A stretch of DNA of 63,772 bases, the filler included, from Folioceros fuciformis (lineage: Eukaryota), in the NCBI GenBank assembly GCA_049999805.1. It is 7 parts of 7 records of this genome, joined end to end, with 100 filler letters (N's around TTAATTAATTAA, not from the genome) between each part and the next. Parts side by side here need not be neighbours in the genome. Positions count along the whole stretch, not along the records: positions 5,910 to 21,591 come from JBNGIO010006097.1; positions 21,692 to 25,723 come from JBNGIO010006098.1; 5 more parts are not named here. One strand, 5' to 3'. Positions within the stretch are counted from its first letter, which is position 1. Every line of letters begins with the position of its first letter. The notes below the pieces were generated by a model that had not been told where the DNA came from, did no database searches, and saw nothing but the letters and a program-made list of their open reading frames with translations. The translations under genes and the position numbers were made by a program. Shown here in pieces: positions 10,805-24,600 of this stretch.

Positions 10805-13800
10805 TCCATAGGAGCTTCCCTTCAAGAATAAAACTACAAATTGGGCCAAGGCTGTGCTGGAATTGATACATGCAGATATTGCTGGAAAGCTACCAGTCAA
10901 ATCCTTGGGAGGAGCATAATACTACCTTACTTTGACTGACGACTTCTCCAGATACATGTGGACCTTTCCTTTAAAACTGAAGAGTGAGGTTTTTGAGACC
11001 ATCTATAACTAGATTGTGATGGTTCAAAGACAGACTGGCCATCTCGTCAACTGCTTCCGAATAGATAATGGCAGAGAGTTTACTGGACATCAGTTTGATG
11101 ACCTGTTCACACAATTTGGCATTGTCCGTCAGCTCTCTATTCCATACACCCAACAACAAAATGGTGTTGCAGAGAGGAAAACCAAACCCTAATGGGAATG
11201 GTTAAAAGCATGCTATCATGGTCAGCTCTACCTAAGTCATATTGGGCAGAGGCTATTGTGAGTGCTACCTACATTCTTAATAGGGTAGTCACTTTAGCTC
11301 TTCCTGGTAGAACACCTTACAAAGGACTTTGGGGACGAAAGCCAAGTCTATTACACCTAAAGGTCTTCGGCTCACCTGCTTTTGCCTATATACTTGAACC
11401 CAAACGTAGAAAGTTAGATGACAGATCTAAGTCTCTCATCTTTCTTGGTTATTCAGAAGAGTCAAAGGCATACAAGCTATTTGATCCAATGACAGCAAAT
11501 ATCACATTATCCAGAAGTACCACTTTCAAGGAACTGTTGTCTTCTAGGTCAGGTCTTACAGTTGATGATATGCTCTCAACTGAATTCATTTAGGATAAAA
11601 CTCCTGAACTTGAAGTTGAGGATGATTAGCAGTTCTCTATGCACTATCCAGCTTCAGATGGTGACCCACCAACACAGGCAGACATCGATGATGTCGATCC
11701 TCTCCTTGTTGACAATAGTGATCCTGTTAGTGACACATCTGACCTGGGTGGTGAGGACTCTGGTGATGATGTTCAGTCCCTTGTTTCAGTAAACAATGAT
11801 GATGTCCTTGATGACTCTGCTGATGAAGAACTTGCAGCACCTGTGTATGTGGACCCAGATCCTCCTCCAGTTATTCCCTCTCGCTATCCCACTAGAGACA
11901 GACGTCCAAGGGAAGAGTGGAGTGAGCCCCCATACAATTCAGTGGATTTCAGGAAACATGTTGCTAACATCACTGACCTTCATGTTCCAGAGATCAGACC
12001 TGATCCACAGAGCTACACTGAAGCCCTGAATGGACCATATGGTGAACACTGGCGGGTCTCCATAAATGACGAATATAATTCGCTAGTCAAAAACCACACT
12101 TGGGAGCTTGCAAATCTTCCTCCTGGATGAAAGCCTATAACCTGTAAATGGGTTTTTAAAACCAAGTTGAAATCAGATGGCACTATTGCTCGTTACAAGT
12201 CCAGACTTGTTGTACAAGGGTTTTCACAAATACCTGGGAAAGACTATGGAGATACTTTCTCCCCTGTGGTCAAGCCTCCTTCAGTCCGAATCTTACTTGC
12301 TATGGCAGCTAAGTTTGATTTAGAACTGCACCAGATGGATGTCTGTAAAGCGTTCCTTCATGGTGAGCTCGAAGAGGTGTTGTTCATGGACCAGCCTGAG
12401 GGGTTTGTTGATAAGGAATGTTCGAAGAAAGTGTGTAAGCTCTTGACGACCCTGTATGGCCTTAAGCAAAGTTCTCATGCCTGGTACAAGCGTATTATGA
12501 CATTCCTAAAGAAACGTGGCTTCGTTCAATCACCAGCTAATTCAAACCTTTTTTACCAGGTTTTACCTTGTTTTTGATGACCTATTTGTCATCTTGGCGC
12601 TGTATGTTGATGATGCTATCTTGTTGAGCAATAGTCCAGCTCAGCTTGATCAAGTGAAGGCCCTTTTACGCTTAGAGTTCAAGATGTCTGATCAGGGCCC
12701 CTTACAATATTGTCTAGGCATGCAAATACTGCGCAACAAGACACAAGGGTCAATATTTCTTCATCAAACAAAATACCTGAAGGAGATTTTAAAACGGTTT
12801 AATATGGATGCTGCTAAGTCAGTCTTGATGCCATCAGTAGTGGGGGAAAACCTTACCAAGGAATAGTCTCCACTAGCTGATGATGACCAGCTAACCATGT
12901 CAACTGTGCCATATGCTGAAGCCGTCAATTGCCTGATCTTTTTGGCCAACTGGACACATCCTGACATATCTTACTCTATTAGTATAATGTCATAGTTTTT
13001 GAAAAATCCCAGCAGAGTCCACTGGTCAACTGTTAAGCACATTTACAGATACCTGAAAGGCACTCTCACTTATGGATTACACTATGTGGCTAGTGGACAG
13101 TAGTAGTTCTTACTGACAGCATTTGCATATGCTGATTGGGCATCTGATGCTGACTCCCGTAAGAGTCTCTCGACGTATGTCTTCCTACTGGCTACAGGAG
13201 CTGTGAACTGGTTTTGTAAAAAGCAAACATCCGTGGCGTTGTCATCCATTGAAGCTGAATACAAAGCCCTGACAGACGCATGCAAGGAATTAGAGTGGGA
13301 GAGGCAATTCTTGGAAGCAATACACTTACCTCTGATTGGCCCCACTACTCTACTATGCGACAACATGTCGGCTATAGCACTTGTCCAAAACCCAAGGTTC
13401 CATGCCAGAACCAAACATATTGAACTTTATCACCATTATGTTCGTGATGTAGCTGAAAGGGGCATGGTGAGAGTTCAGTATGTCAGTACCAATGAAAACA
13501 CTACTGACATCTTTACTAAGGGTCTGTCCAAGGAGAAGCACTACAAAGACTTAGAAGCCCTTGGGCTGAGGGCATTTTCCATGCCCATTACTAGTACGTG
13601 ACCTACCTAGTTAAGTCCTCATGGAGGCAGCTTGCTCAGTTTGCAGTAGTCCATACTTGGTCCTGCTGTTCGCACAAAATACAGGGCTTGCCTTATTGTC
13701 TCCTATTTACAGTAGGTCAACATTGTGGTGCCCTCAATGGATGAAGCCTAAGTTCAGAATCCAGTCGTGAGTAAATCACATGTTAGATTTTTGTAAGATG

Positions 13801-14573
13801 ACAGGTTTACCTCTCACTTGTTGTTGACCGAAGGATGTAGCTAAGCTCTTCAAGCTCTCGCATCAGTGCACTGTACTCTGCAGGTGTTAAGGGTTGTGAC
13901 AGTTCATCCTCTACAGGTGTCATAGCCTACTGTAGCGCCCCTAGTTCCCTTGCTTTCTTATTTGCAAACGAGAGGAGGTCTTCCAGTTTGTTGCACTTTT
14001 TGAGCACCTTGATCTGATGCCACAGCAGCTCCATGTCAGCTTTGGTTGGCCACCATGACTTCCCAGTCACAGAGGGAGCTGACAGAGCTGGAAGCTGTCT
14101 GGGTGGCAGAGGTCTCAGACGCTCGATGCTGCTGCTGCCCATCCCTAAAGAATCAAAGCTGTTGCAGGCCATGTTGTAGGTGCAAGTGGTGATGGTGGTA
14201 GTGCACTGCCGTGATTGGAAGCAAGGCTCCTATTGATATGTCAAAGTTCTGCTACTGCTAAGCGCCAAGTCGCCTTTTGTAGCTTGGATGAATAGCCAGA
14301 CTGTAGGCTGTGATCGCAATCAACGCCATAGCAGAGAAGGTTATCATGACAAGTAATGACGGCAGCTGAAGTGCCGTCACGAGGAAACATGGTGCTAGCT
14401 GGAGTTCGTGTGAGTCATCCTTCAGTCCTTAGCTCCTGAGCTTCGTTTTTAACCATTGCAGGTTAAGAGGGAGTGTTAGGGTTAATCAATAATTAATAAA
14501 TTTAACCTGCTTAGGTTAAATATATTCAAGAGTCACACCCTTAGGGTTGCCCATAAAAACCAAGTATTTTACA
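10805..14573 (+). mobile_element. Degenerate Ty1/Copia LTR retrotransposon (INT-RT-RNaseH, PPT, short 3' LTR); 5' part missing
   Basis: Motifs LELIHADI, QQNGVAER, YWAEA, RYKSRLVVQGF, LHQMDV, LYVDD and RTKHI, with stops and frameshifts; pol ends at 13601. PPT AAGAGGGAG at 14465-14473 is followed by TGTTAG...TTTTACA (14474-14573). Confidence 0.9.
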
Positions 14574-14914
14574 CCATTTGTTGGAACACTTTTTATTACA
14601 GCAACACTTTTGTCTTTTTGTCCAAGGCTTCCGCTGATAAAGAAACAAAATCCCCTTGCCATTTGCCCTCATCCACATGCCTACATACTTGAGAGTAGCA
14701 CTGCAATTCAGATCGTACAGGTTCAAGTTGCAGTAGATTGGAGCTCTTCAATGGCTTGTACAACTGCTGGCTCTAGCTCAACTTGGTCAAGCCGCACAAA
14801 AGCATCACAGGATCAGTTGCAGGGTTAACTGGAGCAACAGCTAGCATCCCCACCAGCAGTATGGCCAAGTGCTGGAACAGGAGGAGCTTTTGTAGTGGTC
14901 GGTGCCCCCTTGGA

Positions 14915-17900
14915 AGTCGAGAAGCTGAAGATGAAGATGCTTCTTATTAAGGAGGGAGTGTGGAAGTTTGTTGTCAAGGGTCTCGATGTTGCACCCATAG
15001 AGAAACACCTCGACAAAGAAGGATGAGCACAGGCAACAATCCTTTTGAATGTCTCAGATGACGTTCTCTCTCAATTGAGCGAATGCGCAACGTCACAAGA
15101 AGCTTGGATCACCCTCTGCAATACATCCGAAAAGAAAAACATGGCAAGTTCGATGCTGTTGGAACAACAACTTGCAAACTTCACGATGGCCGCAAGCGAC
15201 ACCATCCAGCAACACGTCAACAAATTAAAGACCTTAGTGGACCAAATGAAGGCGATGGACATCAAACTGACCGATGAAAGGATCCTCGTGTTGTTGTTGT
15301 GTAGCTTGCCATCAACCTACAAGCCATTTGTGTCAGCCTTCAGGACAACGGTCGCGATGCGTTCAAGCGACAAACTGCTGTCGTTGGATGAGGTGGTCAT
15401 ATTGCTTTTGCTGGAAGAATTGGAGTTTTCAAATAAGAAAGAGAAGACTGATGATGCCGTCCTTTTTGCCAAGAAAGGCAAAGTTCAAGTGTAAGGACGA
15501 GTCCAAGTCCAAGTCTGTGGGGCGTCATATGTCTGGAGGTCCTCCTACCGTGGAGGAACTAGAGGAGTGGGTGGCTCGAGTATCGGGATGCCCTCCAGTG
15601 TATGTTTTCTTGAAAGCAGATGGTTCTTTCCAGATTAAGTGTGATGAGGCCACTAGGGCGCAGGCTCTTCTACAAACAACACTGTTCGTCCGAGATTCAG
15701 TACCGATGGTGGTAGAGGCCTGGTCCCCAGGGAACTCCATCATGCAATCTAAAATCAAGCAGCATTTCCTGTGGGTGGGTCTGCCTGCTTTGCCGGTTCA
15801 GCTCGTCCCACTGGTTCGCACAATTTTGGGGACCATTGGCAGGGTGGTGGAGGTCCCTAAGGTGGACTCCAGATTCTTTGACAGCACCAAACCACCCCGT
15901 TTCGGGGTTGAGGGTCAACAGCCTCCAAGATCTGCCTGAAGGCGTAGTTGTTCGTGATCCGGAGGACCCATCTAAGAGTTTTACACAACTTTTTGATTAC
16001 CCGGATCTTCCCATCCGGTGCGGAGTGTGTGGCTTGCATAATCATCTGAAGCAGGCTTGTCCTTTATGGGCTAGATCGGGAGGTCGGGGCAAGACTTCGG
16101 AGAAGGCACATTCTGGCCCCCTGCCTGGCTTCAAAGGTGCCCCTACGAAGTTTTGGAGGACTAACCCGGGAACGCAGTTGTGGGCAAAACGAGTTCAGGA
16201 AGTGTTCTTCTTAGGGAGCGGGGGCGTACACAATGCACAGGCTAAGCTGTGTGTTCTCCTGAGGAAGAAAATGGATAACACTTACTTTTATTGGATGCCG
16301 AAGGGAGGAGACCTCATAGCCTTACCTACACGCTCATTCCAGACCGGCGGGTCGATTGGGGGTCAGCCTCTTGGGCTCTGGTCTACTGCTAGACTAAAAG
16401 TCAAGGGCATGTTGCAGACGAGTTTGGGGTTTGATGAGCAAGCTATTAACATGATCCTGCAAGAGGCACGACATAGTTTGGTGTGTCACAAAGTGGAGGA
16501 TAGCTCCTCTATCATATTCGTGAATACCTTGATTGAATTGAAGGACAAATGTCGAATCCGAGACTTCAAGGTTTCGCAATGGATGGGGGAGCCCCAGTTG
16601 TTGGCTTACATCAAGGACGCAAAATTTGGCAAAGGTAGGGTGACTCTAGCCTCTAGAGTGGTGTTCAAGGCACATCTTGGTTTTCTTGGGCTTATCCATG
16701 CCCCGATATCGACTAAACTCCCGGCAGTTGGGAGCTAAGATGGGCAGAGGATATGACAGTTGTGGCTACGATGCCTATGGAAGAGGACTCCAACAGTGGG
16801 GACGTAGGTAGTGCGGCACCAGCAAAAGGTTTTAAAGGTCCTGCAGCTGAAGACAAGGGTTACAGCGAGGGGGCCCATCAAAGGGGAAATGCTCATCAGC
16901 TCAACAACCCCGCGCCACAGCAGGCGTCTTTTACTACCAGGCAGGAAGCAAGCATTGCAGGGATCGGACTCCGAGCTACATTATCAGGAGGAAAACTGCA
17001 GAGTGGGATAAGTAAGGCAGCTGGTAGGACGGGCTTACAGGGGGAGTTGGGTCAACCTCATACATTGGGGAACCAAAGACAAAGGCAGACATCCTGGTCA
17101 GCCTCTCATGGGGAGCGGCAGAGGGATCTTTAGAATCTAAAGGTAGGGAAGCTCCATAGCTTCCCAGATAAGTTTGAGAAGCGCAACCTAGTGCCTCATC
17201 TGGGGAACGCGGTGGGCGACGGAGTCTTTCCAAGCTGCCAGCAGGGGGTTGGAGGTGAAAGACAACCTGATCAGTGTGTAGGTCCAAGGGNNNNNNNNNN
17301 GGGGGTTGGAGGTGAAAGACAACCTGATCAGTGTGTAGGTCCAAGGGATAGGGCTGCTCCCTTGGCCCGGCAAGGTGGGGTGAGCCCTCCACTGGACGAT
17401 GTGCCACTTAACGGGAAGGGGATTGGGGAAGGAGCTGATGGTACGTCGTCGGAAGTGGGGGGCAGCACAGGGAACTTTGCCCTGGGGATTTCCGCCTCCC
17501 AACGTCTAGATGCATGGCGTGTTGGCTACCCGTTGCCGGGTCCCAGCACTAGTTCTGCCTCGGCAATGGAGGAGGATGAACCTACTGATCGGGAGAGGCA
17601 AGAGTTGGAGCACTCCACTGATAAAGGAGTGGTCAGGCAGGAGGCCTTGCAAGCCTGGCATTCACAACGAGCCTCCCAGGAGACGTCTGGAGGGTGTCAA
17701 GTTGGGGAGCTCCCTAACGGTGTTGCGTTCCAATTTGGCGAGGAGCTTTTTGAGCACCGGCTCCAAACCCTCCCTACGGCACTGTCCAGGAAGGGAGAGC
17801 AGTGCAAGGGGGAAGGATGGGGCAAGGTGGCATTATTGCAGGAAGCTATGTTATCATGCCAAAGAATGTAAAACCAAGCTGGAAGACGAGTCGAAGAAGG

Positions 17901-20900
17901 AGAAATCCTCTCAATTCAATCAAGTGAGTAAGCAACGTTAACAGGAACAATCTTTTGTGGCTAGCGATGGAGCTACTTCATCGACGAAGGATGAGAGTCT
18001 TTATCTTGACTCTGGTGCATCTGAACACTTCAATTACAACCTTCGAGGGTTCACTAGCTACACTAGACTCCCGAAGGACCATACAGTGGCACTCGTTGAC
18101 AATACGTCACATGATATCGAGGGGAAAGGAGTCTTACACGTTCAGTTGCAGGGCGGTAACCCCGCACGTATTGAGAATGTGCATCATGTACCCAATCTCA
18201 TGAGGAATCTTCTTTCGGTTGCGAGGATTGCAGATGCAAGTCATGAAATCATCTTCACCTTTGCAGGCTATCGCATTCAACTTGTACAGCATGAGCTGTC
18301 ACACGTGGTTGCTCGCGGTGTTCATGTGGGAAATCTATACACACTTTGTGCTTCAATGAGAAAGCAAGCTTGTACGTTCCTAGCCAGTTCACACAACCAG
18401 ATTGGGTCTGTCCATTTATGGCATCAACGTTTGGGCCACATCGGAGTGGACAAATTCAAGTTGATGATGACTCATGACATGGTGATAGGATTGGATTTGA
18501 CGGAAATTACTGCAACACAGTTGTGTCTAAGATGTCAGATGGGGAAGCTAAATCGCATAAAGTTTCCTAAAGCTGCGACACATCGTGCGCAGAAGGCAAT
18601 GGAATTAGTCCACACTAATGTGAGCGGGCCCATGCGGAACCCTACCCAGGGTGGGAATCGCTACACGCTCATCTTTATCGATGATTTTACACAGAAGACT
18701 TGGACTTACCTTTTGAAGACTTTTAAGGAGTGGAAGACTCTGGTCGAGACCGAACATGGTGAACGCCTTAAGATGCTCGGAGTGACAATGGAGGAGAATA
18801 TCTCTTCTTAGTTCCAGAGTTTTTGTAAGGAGAACGACATCAAACGGCAACTCATGATTCCGCACACCTCGCAACAAAATGGAGTCGCAGAGCGGAACAT
18901 ACTGAGGGAGCCTTGTGGAAGCAGCCAAGTGCATGTTGTTTCACAGCGGCTTGCAGGTCAACTTTTGGGGAGAGGCTGTCATGACAACAACCTATGTGTT
19001 GAACAGAGTTCCGACAAAGGCCGTATCCAGTATGACACTAGAGGAAGCTTAGTTTGGTATAAAACCTAATATCCGACATTTGAGGGTTTTCGGTTCCGTA
19101 GTCTATGCTCGTATCCCGAAGGAGAGCCAGACCAAATAGGATGCTAATGGAACGAATTCTCTCCTACTTGGCTATTTTGATGTAGTGAAAGGCTATAGGT
19201 TATACGATCTTACTACGTTGAAGGTCTTTTTTAGCAGGGATGTTGTTTTTCGGGAGGCTGTAGAGATAATGCCTGGAGTGGGCCCTTCAGATGTTCAATC
19301 TGCCAAAGACAGCGGTGTGCCTTCTCCAACTAGCTGCCACCTTGACCCGCCTGATCCGATGCCTGACGACTCTTCTCACCCTTGTGACATGAGGGGGGGA
19401 AGGGGGAGACACTCCTAATGTCCCTATGGTTGAAGACGTTGTTGGAGCCTTACCCCCAGCCGCAGATGTAGATTGCGACATTGAGGGGGGCAGGAGTGAA
19501 ATTTCCGATGTTTCTGAAGAAGTAGCAGACTATCCTATTATAGCACCGCAACCAGAATTATGTAGATCCACCAGGTTGTGTAAGCCTTCTCAGAGGCTTA
19601 TCGACTCTATCACTGGATCTGAGGAGGTGTGTTTTGCAGATGTAGGAGAACCCCACAGCCTGAAGGAGGCATTCGAAGGCCCAAAGGCAAAAGAATGGAG
19701 AGCAGCCGTGGACAATGAATACAACTCCCTCATCGCCAACAAAACTTGGATTATTACTCCCCTACCTCCTGGAAGAAAATGCATAGGATCAAGGTGGACT
19801 TTCAAGATTAAGCGGAAGGTTGACGGCAGCATAGAGTGCTACAAGGCGAGGCTAGTAGGGAAAGGGTATAAGCAAATTCCAGGCGTGGATTATTCCGATA
19901 CCTTCTCACCTATTGCAAAGATAGCCTCTATTCGAGCACTCCTTGTTATTGCCGCTACCTTGGATATGGAGGTACATCATATAGATGTTCAAACTGCCTT
20001 TTTGAATGAGGATCTGAACGAAGAGATCTACATGGAGCAACCCGAGGGCTATATGGTACCTAGATGTGAGGGCGAGGTATGTAAGTTACAAAAGGCAATT
20101 TATGGTCTTAAGTAATTCGTCCTTACCTGGTATTCTAAAATTAATGATCATTTCCAGTCTAGAGGTTTCACGAAGACTAATGTAGATTGGAATATTTATG
20201 TGAAGCAAGTGGGAGCTTCTGTTATTATCATTGCTGTGTATGTGGATGATTTAGTCATTATTAGCGATGATCAGGAGCTTTTGGCCTTTGCAAAGCGAGG
20301 GCTCAGCGAAAGCTTTGTTGTACGAGACCTTGAGGAGCTACATCATTTTCTAGGTATAAAGGTTGATAGAAATAGGACCAATAGGACAATCTCTCTAAGT
20401 CAGCAAACGTATGTGCAGACTATACCAAAACAATTTGGGATGCTAGATGGCAAATTGACGTAGACGCCAATGATCCGCAATGAGAAGTTATCACAAGTGG
20501 TGGATCCCACTATGAAGGAACAGGTAGATAAGCATCTCTACCAATGTATTGTTGGTTGCCTTATTCATTTGGCGACAAGCATTACGCCCGACACTGCAGA
20601 GGCAGTGGGAGTTGCGAGCCAATTCTTGGTCAAACCCCAGCCACAACATTATCAAGCCGTCAAGAGAATACTCAGATGCCTGCAGGGCACAAAACATTGG
20701 ATGTTGACTTATCGAAAGAAGAAGGACGAAGAAGCTAGTATTGTAGAATTTTACGACTCAGATTGGGCAGGAGATGTCGATACTCGCAGGTCTACCACAA
20801 GGTATGCCTTTTGCTATTTGGGGGAGCCATTTCATGGAGTAGCAGGCATTAGCGTACAGTGGCGTTATCCTCTACAAAGGCTAAGTATATGACAATCTCT

Positions 20901-21376
20901 GCCGCAACCGTGGAAGTTATATGGCTTAGGCAATTGCTCAAAGAAATGAGGTTCAAGCAGCAATGTGCAACACCCATCTTCAACGACAATCATGGCTATA
21001 TTTATCTAGTTAAAACTGCTATTTTCCATACAAGGACTAAGCACATTGAAGTTAAGCATCACTTTATCAGGGAGAAAGTGTAGTCAAAGGAAGTAGTTTT
21101 AGTTTATTGTCTTACAAAGGACATGCCCCACCAATATTTTTACTAAAGGTTTAGCTTTAGAGAAGCATATGAAGTTTTACAAAATGCTAGGGTTAACTAA
21201 GTGAGTCGTGTATAGGATAAGTGATAGATGTATTGAGTGGAAATATTAGAAAACCAATATTATTTAGAATTTGTGTGCACCATATATAGGACTATATATA
21301 ACTAAGCATAGCTCCCATTGTAAATGTACTGAATTGAGGCTCTTACTTGGGGCTTATCTGGGATATTGTGTTTCTA
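14915..21376 (+). mobile_element. Degenerate Ty1/Copia element (gag-PR-INT-RT-RH), interrupted in gag by a LINE fragment
   Basis: UBN2-type gag at 15045-15494, then a Zn knuckle (HYCRKLCYHAKEC) at about 17830, LDSGAS protease, LWHQRLGH, integrase, RT (YKARLVGKG, VYVDD) and RH (TKHIEV). A purine tract and LTR-like sequence follow at about 21235-21376. Confidence 0.9.
15524..17817 (+). mobile_element. LINE (L1-like) ORF1 fragment, degenerate
   Basis: DUF4283/RRM-like segment (LWVGLPALPVQL...LGTIGRVVEV), CCHC knuckle YPDLPIRCGVCGLHNHLKQAC, and a long disordered tail. No endonuclease, RT or poly(A). Confidence 0.72.
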
Positions 21377-21591
21377 GTAGTATCGAACATGTCTTAACCA
21401 AGCTCTAGTACAGCCCCCTGCCAAGGAGGCCGTGTAGAGCGGCAACTTGCAAGCTGCCCCTTGTAGAAATTGCCAGGCAACTTGCAATTCCACAGCAAAT
21501 CAATGTTCGATTGGGAAGAATCGCCCGAGGTCAGGCTGTACACGTGGATGATCGCTTCTCTCCTTTCTGTACAGCACACATTCTCTTTTTG
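21377..21591. repeat. 215-bp dispersed repeat, copy 2 (cut by scaffold end)
   Basis: About 95% identical to 10375-10589. Confidence 0.9.
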
Positions 21592-21691
21592 NNNNNNNNN
21601 NNNNNNNNNNNNNNNNNNNNNNNNNNNNNNNNNNNTTAATTAATTAANNNNNNNNNNNNNNNNNNNNNNNNNNNNNNNNNNNNNNNNNNNN
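21592..21691. other. Artificial scaffold linker
   Basis: N-run + TTAATTAATTAA + N-run. Confidence 0.97.
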
Positions 21692-24600
21692 CTTTTTCAA
21701 CCAAAACAAACTACTACCCCAAACTTTGGAGGTTCACATGCCCCCCTTCTCAGCTGTTTGCGTCCTCGCAAACAACTAACCCTCTCAGGGTTGATAATAC
21801 TTCTTGACTTGCCAACCATTGACCCTAGTTGGCAACAAATCACCATCCAATACCCTCAACTGGACAGACCCATTCTCAAACACTTCCTCCACCTTGTAAG
21901 GACCCATCCATCTCAGCCTCAGCTTACCTGGAAAATCCATGTACCTACTGTCATACAGTAGCACCAGATCGCCCTGTACGATGGTCTCCTTCTTCCTCAA
22001 CCTACCATCATGGCGGGTTTTCCTTTGCTCTTGTATCCTATGAGTCTCCTCCAAGGCTTCTTCTCGGTCCTCCTCGTAGGTGATGAAAGCTTCCAACCTA
22101 GCTTCTTGGCTCTCCCTCACCGGTAGCCTAGCCTCCTCCATGACACGGTGAGTGGGAATCTCAAACTCAATGGGAAGAACAGGCGACATACCATAGGTCA
22201 AGTAGTATGGAGTCCTCTTCGTGGTGATCTTCTCTGCCGTCCTGTAAGCCCAAAGTGCTGAATGCAACTTGGTATCCCAATCGTACATGTGAGTCACAGT
22301 CACCTTGGTCAAGATGGTCCCCAAAAGACCATTGGTCTTCTCCGTTAACCCATTCGCCTTCGGATTGTAAGGAGTGGTCTTCCTATGTCGAATGTTGAAG
22401 TAGGTGGTCAAGGCGGTGATGACTTCATTGAGAAAATGTGTACCTCTGTCGCTGACCAACTCCAATGGACACCCATAGCGTGTGATGATGTTCTCAAACA
22501 GAAATTTGGCCACTGTTGGTGCATCGTCCCGTCGGGTAGCCTCCGCCTCCACCATCTTGGTGCAGTAGTCCGTCGCCACTAAGATGTATTGCTTCCTTGT
22601 CCAGCGAGTAGGTGGACGAATCGGCCCTACAAAGTCGATCCCCCACTTCTCGAACGGAGCCAACGGCAAAATGTAGGTCAACGGCCACCTGGTTGTCAAT
22701 GTGGGTCTCCCTACCCTTTGACAAGCATCACACCTTCTTACAAACTCCCACACATCCCTCTGCATGGTAGCCCACCAAAACCCAGTATCCAAGATCTTCT
22801 TGATGGTAATGGGGACTGAATAGTGGCCTCCTGCCTCTTCCGCATGCAAAGCTTCAGTCACCACAACACCTTCATTCACTTCCAAACAACGCCTCACCTT
22901 ACCATCTGGGCCTAGTTTGTACAAGACCCCTTGCTTCAAACAATATGGGCCTGTCTTGTGCAAGAACACTGCCCTACCCTCGCGGCTCAATCCAGCTGGC
23001 ATGATTCCAAACTCCAAAAATCTCCTCACCTCAACTGGTAGCAATTGCCTAGCACAAGGCCTTCCCAACCTGTCGCTACGGCGGTTCCTCTTCCTCCGAG
23101 CCTGGCTGACCTTCTGGCTACTCTCAACCCTTGTAGAGGTTCCTCCTCCCTCACCGGTAACCTGTTCATCGAACTCTCCCTCTTCTACTGTATGTACAGC
23201 AGCAATCAACTCCTCATCAGGAAACCTGTCATCCGTTTCTCTAACCTTCCCTTTGGTTTTGAGTCTAGAAACAAAGTCAGCATTAACATGGCTCTTCCCT
23301 GCTCTTGTTTCCACCTCAAAATCAAACTCCTGCAGAAAGAGAATCCACCTAGCGATCCTCCCCGATAGGTCAGGCTTGTTCACAAGATACTTCAAAGCAA
23401 AGTGGTCCACATGAAATACTACCTTGCAAGCTAGAAGGTAGTGACGGAGCTTCTTACAAGCGTAGATGATGCCCAAAGCCTCTCTCTCCGTTGTGGAGTA
23501 ATTCCTCTCCGCATCTGTGAGTTGCCTTCCGGCATAGAAGATAGGGTGATCCCTCTTCTTGTCGTCTTGTTGGCTGAGGATGGCCCCTATAGCATAGGCT
23601 GACACATCCACATACACATGAAAGGTCTTCTCCCAATTTGGTGGGCTCAATGTGGGTGCTGCCACCAAACTCCTCTTCAAGTCCTGAAACGCTTCCTCCC
23701 TCTCCGGGGTCCACTCATACAGCACATCCTTCTTCGTTAGCTGGGTCAAAGCTGCCGCCTTCTTAGCGAAGTCCTTGATGAATCTCCTGTAGTAACCCAC
23801 CAACCCAATGAAAGCCCTGACCTGTCTCACGCTCTGAGGTGCATCCATCTCCGAGATGATCTTCACCTTTTCCATGTCGACTTGCAACCCCCTGGCTGAA
23901 ACTCTATGGGCTAGCAAGATACCCTCCGTCATGCAAAAGAAACACTTCCCCGGATGCAACTTGAGGTTAGTCTCCCTACACCTCTGCAAGCACTTCCTTA
24001 GCTGTTCCAAGTGTAGGTACCTCCTTCCAAAGACACAAAAGTCATCCAAGAACACCTCCATGAACTTCCGAAGGAACTCCTTGAAAATGGTATTCACCAC
24101 CTGCTGAAAAGTTGCCGGAGCATTGCAGAGCCCAAAAGGCACCTTGGTGTAGGCGTACGTCCCCCAATCAGTTGTGAAAGTCGTCTTGTCACGATCCTCC
24201 TCCCGCAGTGTGATCTGATTGTAACCTGAATACCCATCTAGGAAACTGTACATCTCATGTCCAGCAACTGTGTCCAACACACTGTCCATGAAAGGGAGTG
24301 GATGATGGTCTTTCTTGGTTGCCTCATTGAGCTTCCTGAAGTCCTGGCAAACCCTCACCTTGCCAGCTTGCTTCTTAGGCACCACCACAATTGGAGCTAC
24401 CCACTCACTAGTTAGGACAGGATAGATGACTCCAGCCTCCAAGTACTGATCCAACTGCTCCTTCACAACCATGGAGTACTTTGGGTTCAATCGGTATTGC
24501 TTCACCCGAACCGGTGTGCTTCCCTCCTTGAGATCTATCCTATGAACACCCAGCTCCTCCGGAACACCTGTCATGTCCGTCACCTTGAAGGCAAACACAT

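Noticed and set aside
17244-17350. Duplication flanking the 10-N gap
   Set aside because: Typical unmerged contig overlap; the 60-bp duplication at 31048 is similarly suspect.
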